Shown here: piece after piece, positions 59,286-64,000 of the stretch
How positions within the stretch are numbered: position 1 is the stretch's first letter
Layout of the letters: every line of letters begins with the position of its first letter
Origin: Podarcis liolepis
Lineage: Eukaryota
Length of the DNA stretch: 64,000 nt
Direction: 5' to 3' (one strand)
Assembly: GCA_965112155.1 (NCBI GenBank)
Contig: OZ218099.1
Made by a program: the position numbers and the translations under genes
The notes under the pieces: model-generated
Database searches by the model: none
What the model saw: only the letters and a program-made list of their open reading frames with translations
What the model was told of the DNA's origin: nothing

Positions 59286-61874
59286 TCTTTAGAAAATAGT
59301 CCAAAGGGGAGGAGCCCCCAAACCAGCCCCATAAGAACTCAATGGCCAGCTTCACAGCTATCTCTGACACCTCCGCAATGCCTTTCACTATGTTGGATAG
59401 ACCCCTGCCTCTCCAGAGGGGGCAGAGACACTCCCTCCCTCACCTAGCTCCTGGAGGTACCAAGGGAGGTGTGAACAGATGGGAGAGATCTTGCCTTCAA
59501 GGCAGAATGTTAGGTTGCTTGCTAAGGAGCCGAACCACTCACTGCACTAAGTTAAGCCTGCCCCATATAAAAATGTGTATAATAGAAGCCATACTAAAAG
59601 GCTGAGGAATGTTTGTGAGGATTAAAAAATAATAATAATTGTAAACTGATGTAGAAAAGTGGAGCATTGAATTTAACACTGTAAAATGAGAAATCAAAAT
59701 GGACATGTTTGTTTTTCCTGAGTGTCTATGCAGTCCTAGTTTGCCCCTCAGAAAATAGGCTGCTACCCCATCTAGGACAGCATTTTCTGAGCTAACAGAA
59801 AGATCTCTTCTAGCCTTGTTGCTGAGATCCTTTTGGGACTTTCTGCATGCAAAGGTTTGTGCTGTGCTACTGAGTTATGCCCCCTCCCCTAACAAATTGC
59901 ATCTGCCAAAATGTATTTGTGGTTTGAGAAATTATAAATGGATTCCCTTAACAGCCTATGTCTACAGCTCAAAGATACAATAGCAATGTAAGTTATGATG
60001 ACCTTAGTAAGTTACATTTATAGCTGCAAGTTATCGTGAGTTCATTAAACCACATCTAGTACCCAAGTAGACTTTTTAGAAAATGCAATTAAATGGCTAA
60101 ACAAATTGAAGATATGCCACTAGCTCAGTAAAAGAAAGCTCAGGGGAGAAGAACTAATATAGTTTGGCTAAACATATTGGCCATCGTAACTCAGTTAAGT
60201 CAGGGGACTCTACGTAGTCAAAACCAGGGTGGGTGGCATTTTTAGAACTGAAGACTATATTGGAGCAATTGGATCTAAAAATGCTTTGTATATTACAGCT
60301 ACACAAAATCCTCACACCTTTTACACAAAAGGCAGCAAACCACAAATGGTTGGTGTGTTCCGTTACTTTCAGTAATACATTTACTCAGCCTCTTACAAAG
60401 CATGACAGATTGCCGTTTGGGGGGTTTGCTTTCTCAGCCTTTAGTTTCCAAAAGCTTATTTATGGAACTAAGGTGGCTAGAACGTTTCTCAGTGTTTTTT
60501 TTTACCAAGCCTGCCTGTCGGTCATATAGGAGTTCCAAAGGGACCAGATATATGGAAACATGGGTCTTTTGTTTACCGCTGAATCGAAACAAACGTCAAT
60601 TCATGGAAAACACAATTGGTGTTTGTTCTTCCCCACAAGGTTCTTCTGGCCTCACACACATGGCAAGGAATTCCTTAACCCAAGCCAGAAAAAAGCTGGG
60701 ATTTTGAATGCCACATCACCATACTTCTCAGACCCTTCTTTCTCCTAGCCTAGCAGTTCTTAAATTCTTAGTTATGATTGGCCAAGATTATAATCAAATG
60801 CATCAACCACATCAAATGTGCTCCCATGCCTAATTAGTAATAAAATTGTATTGTAATTGATATGCCTGGATTCTTCAGTTGCAGTTAATGAAGGCTTCCT
60901 GGTCCAAGTGAACTTCATGATTACACCCATACTCAGGCACAGATAGGCTGGTGCCTGTTGCTTTCTGGCAAAACATTTTTGCTCCTTTCTGGGAGCAGGT
61001 GTTCCGGGAAGATGGAGTGTGTAGTGGATCCCACAGGAGTCCCCCTCAGACATTTGTAACACTGCTGCAGGTTATCATGTTCCTATCTAATATGTATTTA
61101 CACTGCATTAATTATGGTGCATTATCCCATTTAGAAGTGCAGCAATCCTGTTCTATATTTTGATTATCAAACTGAAGCTTAATAAGCTGAGATATGAAAG
61201 AGCCTCATCCACTTCCACGCAGCCCCTTCACTCCTGCTGTACAAGGAAAGAAGCCGGGAAGCTGCAGTTAACCATAGCTTCCCTTTACAACACAAATGTC
61301 TTCTAAGCAAGCCAGTATATGAAGCCAAGGTTTAAAGGTGGCTACCAGATCAAGTTGGCTTTCATGGGAACCATTAATCACAGCTTTATGGTTCTAATGC
61401 CATATTGGCACAGAATGTAAAGCCATGATTTATTTAAACTGTGCTTTGTTTTAAAAAAACTACAAGTTAAGCACAAGTTGTCCCACAGACAAATCAAACA
61501 TGACTTGCTTCTCTCTCTAGCTCTCACCCTGTGCCTTTGTATTTTGGTGAGTGCCCTGGGTGGGGCAGGTAAGCAAACCATGGTTAAGGAAAGGTGTTGG
61601 GTTTACACACAATGCCAAGCCATAGTTAAAGTTTTGTAAGTCAATGACAAATCATGGCTTCAGATCATGCTTTGTTGGTAGTAAACAAACCAAGGCTAAG
61701 GCACTGGGCAAGGTTCCCACATAATACTAAGACATAGTTTAATAAACTTTGGCTTAAAATCACATGTGAACCAGGTCACAGGGAAGCAGTAGTTAACTAT
61801 GGCTTCATGGCTTGTTTGCCCATTTGTGTGAAGAGAAGAACAAATGTGCAGATGTAGGAAGCTCATTTATATAC

Positions 61875-61990
61875 TTCATTGGAGGTTTTTAAGCAGAGGT
61901 TGGGTGGCCACCTGTCATGGGTGCTTTAGCTGAGATTCCTGCATTTCAGGGGGTTGGATCCTTGGGTCCCTTCCAACTCTAAGATTCTAT
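61875..61990 (+). mobile_element. CR1 3' fragment
   Basis: TTGGAGGTTTTTAAGCAGAGGTTGG..CTTTAGCTGAGATTCCTGCATT..CCCTTCCAACTCTAAGATTCTAT. Confidence 0.8.
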
Positions 61991-62573
61991 TATCTCATTG
62001 TGTGAATGTGGTCCATGCATTATATTTTTATTGACAAATAGGATGATATATGAACGGGCAGCTGTGCTACTTTGAACCCCTCTCTGTTCTACATATTGTA
62101 CATGACTACCTACAACAGAGATTATCAAATCTCATCTAGCAGATTTACAGGATAGTGCAATTATATAGCTTTCCAGATCTTTAATGGAAAGCAACACATA
62201 TCAGGTATACCTTTAATGTGATCCAAACCAGAGTGACCCATAGAAGAAAAATAACACAGACATGCTTAAGGCAAGTGTGGCTAACTTGTGGTCCTGCAGA
62301 CGTTGTTGTACTACAACTCCTAGCATCTGTGACCCCCCCCCCACCTCTCTGTGTAGTGATAGTTCTAAAATATTCAAAAAAAGGAGAATATGTTTTGGTT
62401 GGTGGTTATTTGGGAGTTTTCCCCTGAGGTACTAACCACTGTCATACACCTACTCTGAGCAGAATAATCACCATGTTTATGGTTTCTAAAGCTTATACAA
62501 CAGATATGTACAACGTACTGGGCTTAAGGTCCGAAGATCCTTAAAATATTCACAGCAATTGAGTCCCTTGTTA

Positions 62574-62738
<165 letters not shown>

Positions 62739-62980
62739 CTATGGGAGGAATCGGTTAGAGGATAAACATACAGAAGCACAACTCTGAAGTACCCGTCAAA
62801 TCTGCTTAGCCCTCTTCTAATTTCTGAGTCTTTAAAAAGCACCACCTGCACATTTTCAATTATAACCATGCTGGTCAAAAAGTATGTCTATGGTGCAGCC
62901 CTCCTCTCTCTGCCCCATGCTCAGCATTGCGGATACTTATGTACCCCACTCCCCTCACCACGGGAAGGTGTGGGATACAC

Positions 62981-63305
62981 AGCGCAAGTGACGCTGTGAT
63001 CTAAACCACTGAGCCTCTTGGGCTTGCCGATCAGAAGGTCAGCAGTTCGGATCCCTGTGACAGGATGAGCTCCCATTGCTTGGTCCCAGCTCCTGCCAAC
63101 CTAGCAGTTCGAAAGAACATCAAAGTGCAAGGAGATAAATAGGTACCGCTCCAATCGGAAGGTAAACGGCGTTTCCGTGTGCTGCTCTGGTTTGCCAGAA
63201 GCGGCTTAGTCATGTTGGCCACATGACCCGGAAGCTGTACATCGGCTCCCTCGGCCAGTAAAGCGAGATGAGCACCGCAATCCCAGAGTTGTGGTTCCTT
63301 TACCT
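62981..63305 (+). mobile_element. Sauria SINE (POM/Squam1 type)
   Basis: Body nearly identical in layout to 16912-17236; ACCTTT tail; flanked by a 43-bp direct repeat. Confidence 0.9.
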
Positions 63306-64000
63306 TTATGTACCCTGCTCCCCTCACCATGGGAAGATGTGTTATACAACATTATTTATTTCCCTCGAGACTGCTTCCTGTACATTCAAGCACTAAACAT
63401 CAAGCCCAGGGTGCTTCAGTGTGAATGAAAACGAAACTGGAATGCTCAGAGCTCTCCAAACCAACTGAATGGGTGACCGAGTGGCAACTGCAGTGCCAAG
63501 TGAGTATAAAGTGATGCAACATGGGGCAAAAAAATCCCCCTAGAAGCCTATCGTCACCAATGGCTACTAGTTATGCTCACTATATATGCTGCTTCCAGAA
63601 TCAGAAGCAATAGTATCTGTCTGAACTCTAATTGGTGGGGGACAACCAGAGGAGGGGCCTGTGTCCTATTTATGGGCTTAGTACTGTGGGAAACAGGATG
63701 TTGAGCCTTTGGTCTAACCCAGCAAGGTTCATCTTCTGTACCAGCTTCTGTTCTCTCCTGGCCACTTAGCGGGAGCCCTGTCACATGGCTGCGTGGGCCA
63801 TTTTTCTTGGTAATGAGTGTGAGCAGGGAGTTTAGCAGCACTTCAGTAGGTGGGAGAAATATAGAGGGTGACGTGTATTCTGGAGGAGGGAGAAAAAGGA
63901 GCGAAATAACAGAAATGAAGCGTGTGTTTCTTAAAGCAACAGGCAAAGGAATCGCTTATGGTGGTGACTGCAGGTGGGGACAAGGATTTGGAAACAGGAC

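Noticed and set aside
61270-61812. Repeat-spacer pattern superficially like a CRISPR array
   Set aside because: Vertebrate intron; repeats are only ~12 bp, degenerate and irregularly spaced; no cas genes

Overview
Vertebrate genomic DNA, most likely from a lacertid lizard (judged from two POM-type Sauria/Squam1 SINEs plus squamate tRNA-SINEs, CR1 and L2). Two genes face each other tail to tail. On the + strand are the last six coding exons of the brain proline transporter SLC6A7 (428-4369). On the - strand are the 3' thirteen exons of CAMK2A (62738 down to the stop at 29078), covering the kinase C-lobe, regulatory segment, linker and hub, followed by an inferred ~6.4 kb 3' UTR ending near 22660. 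All listed exon boundaries are GT-AG and phase-consistent. The most notable hidden structure is a gene within a gene. The splice-acceptor region of the CAMK2A GGKSGG linker exon also encodes an ATG-initiated hydrophobic anchor, i.e. an alphaKAP-type kinase-less isoform (199 aa with the NLS exon), and a MEF2/E-box/GC-box cluster lies just upstream. Other points of interest are a CPE/G-tract/CPE/AAUAAA module at the UTR end, a candidate unannotated 18-nt in-frame linker microexon, an internally deleted CR1, a Sauria SINE with a 43-bp flanking duplication, and an HNF1/CDX/TCF motif cluster. There are no prokaryotic systems or CRISPR arrays, and most ORF-track entries are non-coding noise. Comparisons to mammalian sequences and repeat consensuses are from memory and need alignment to confirm.
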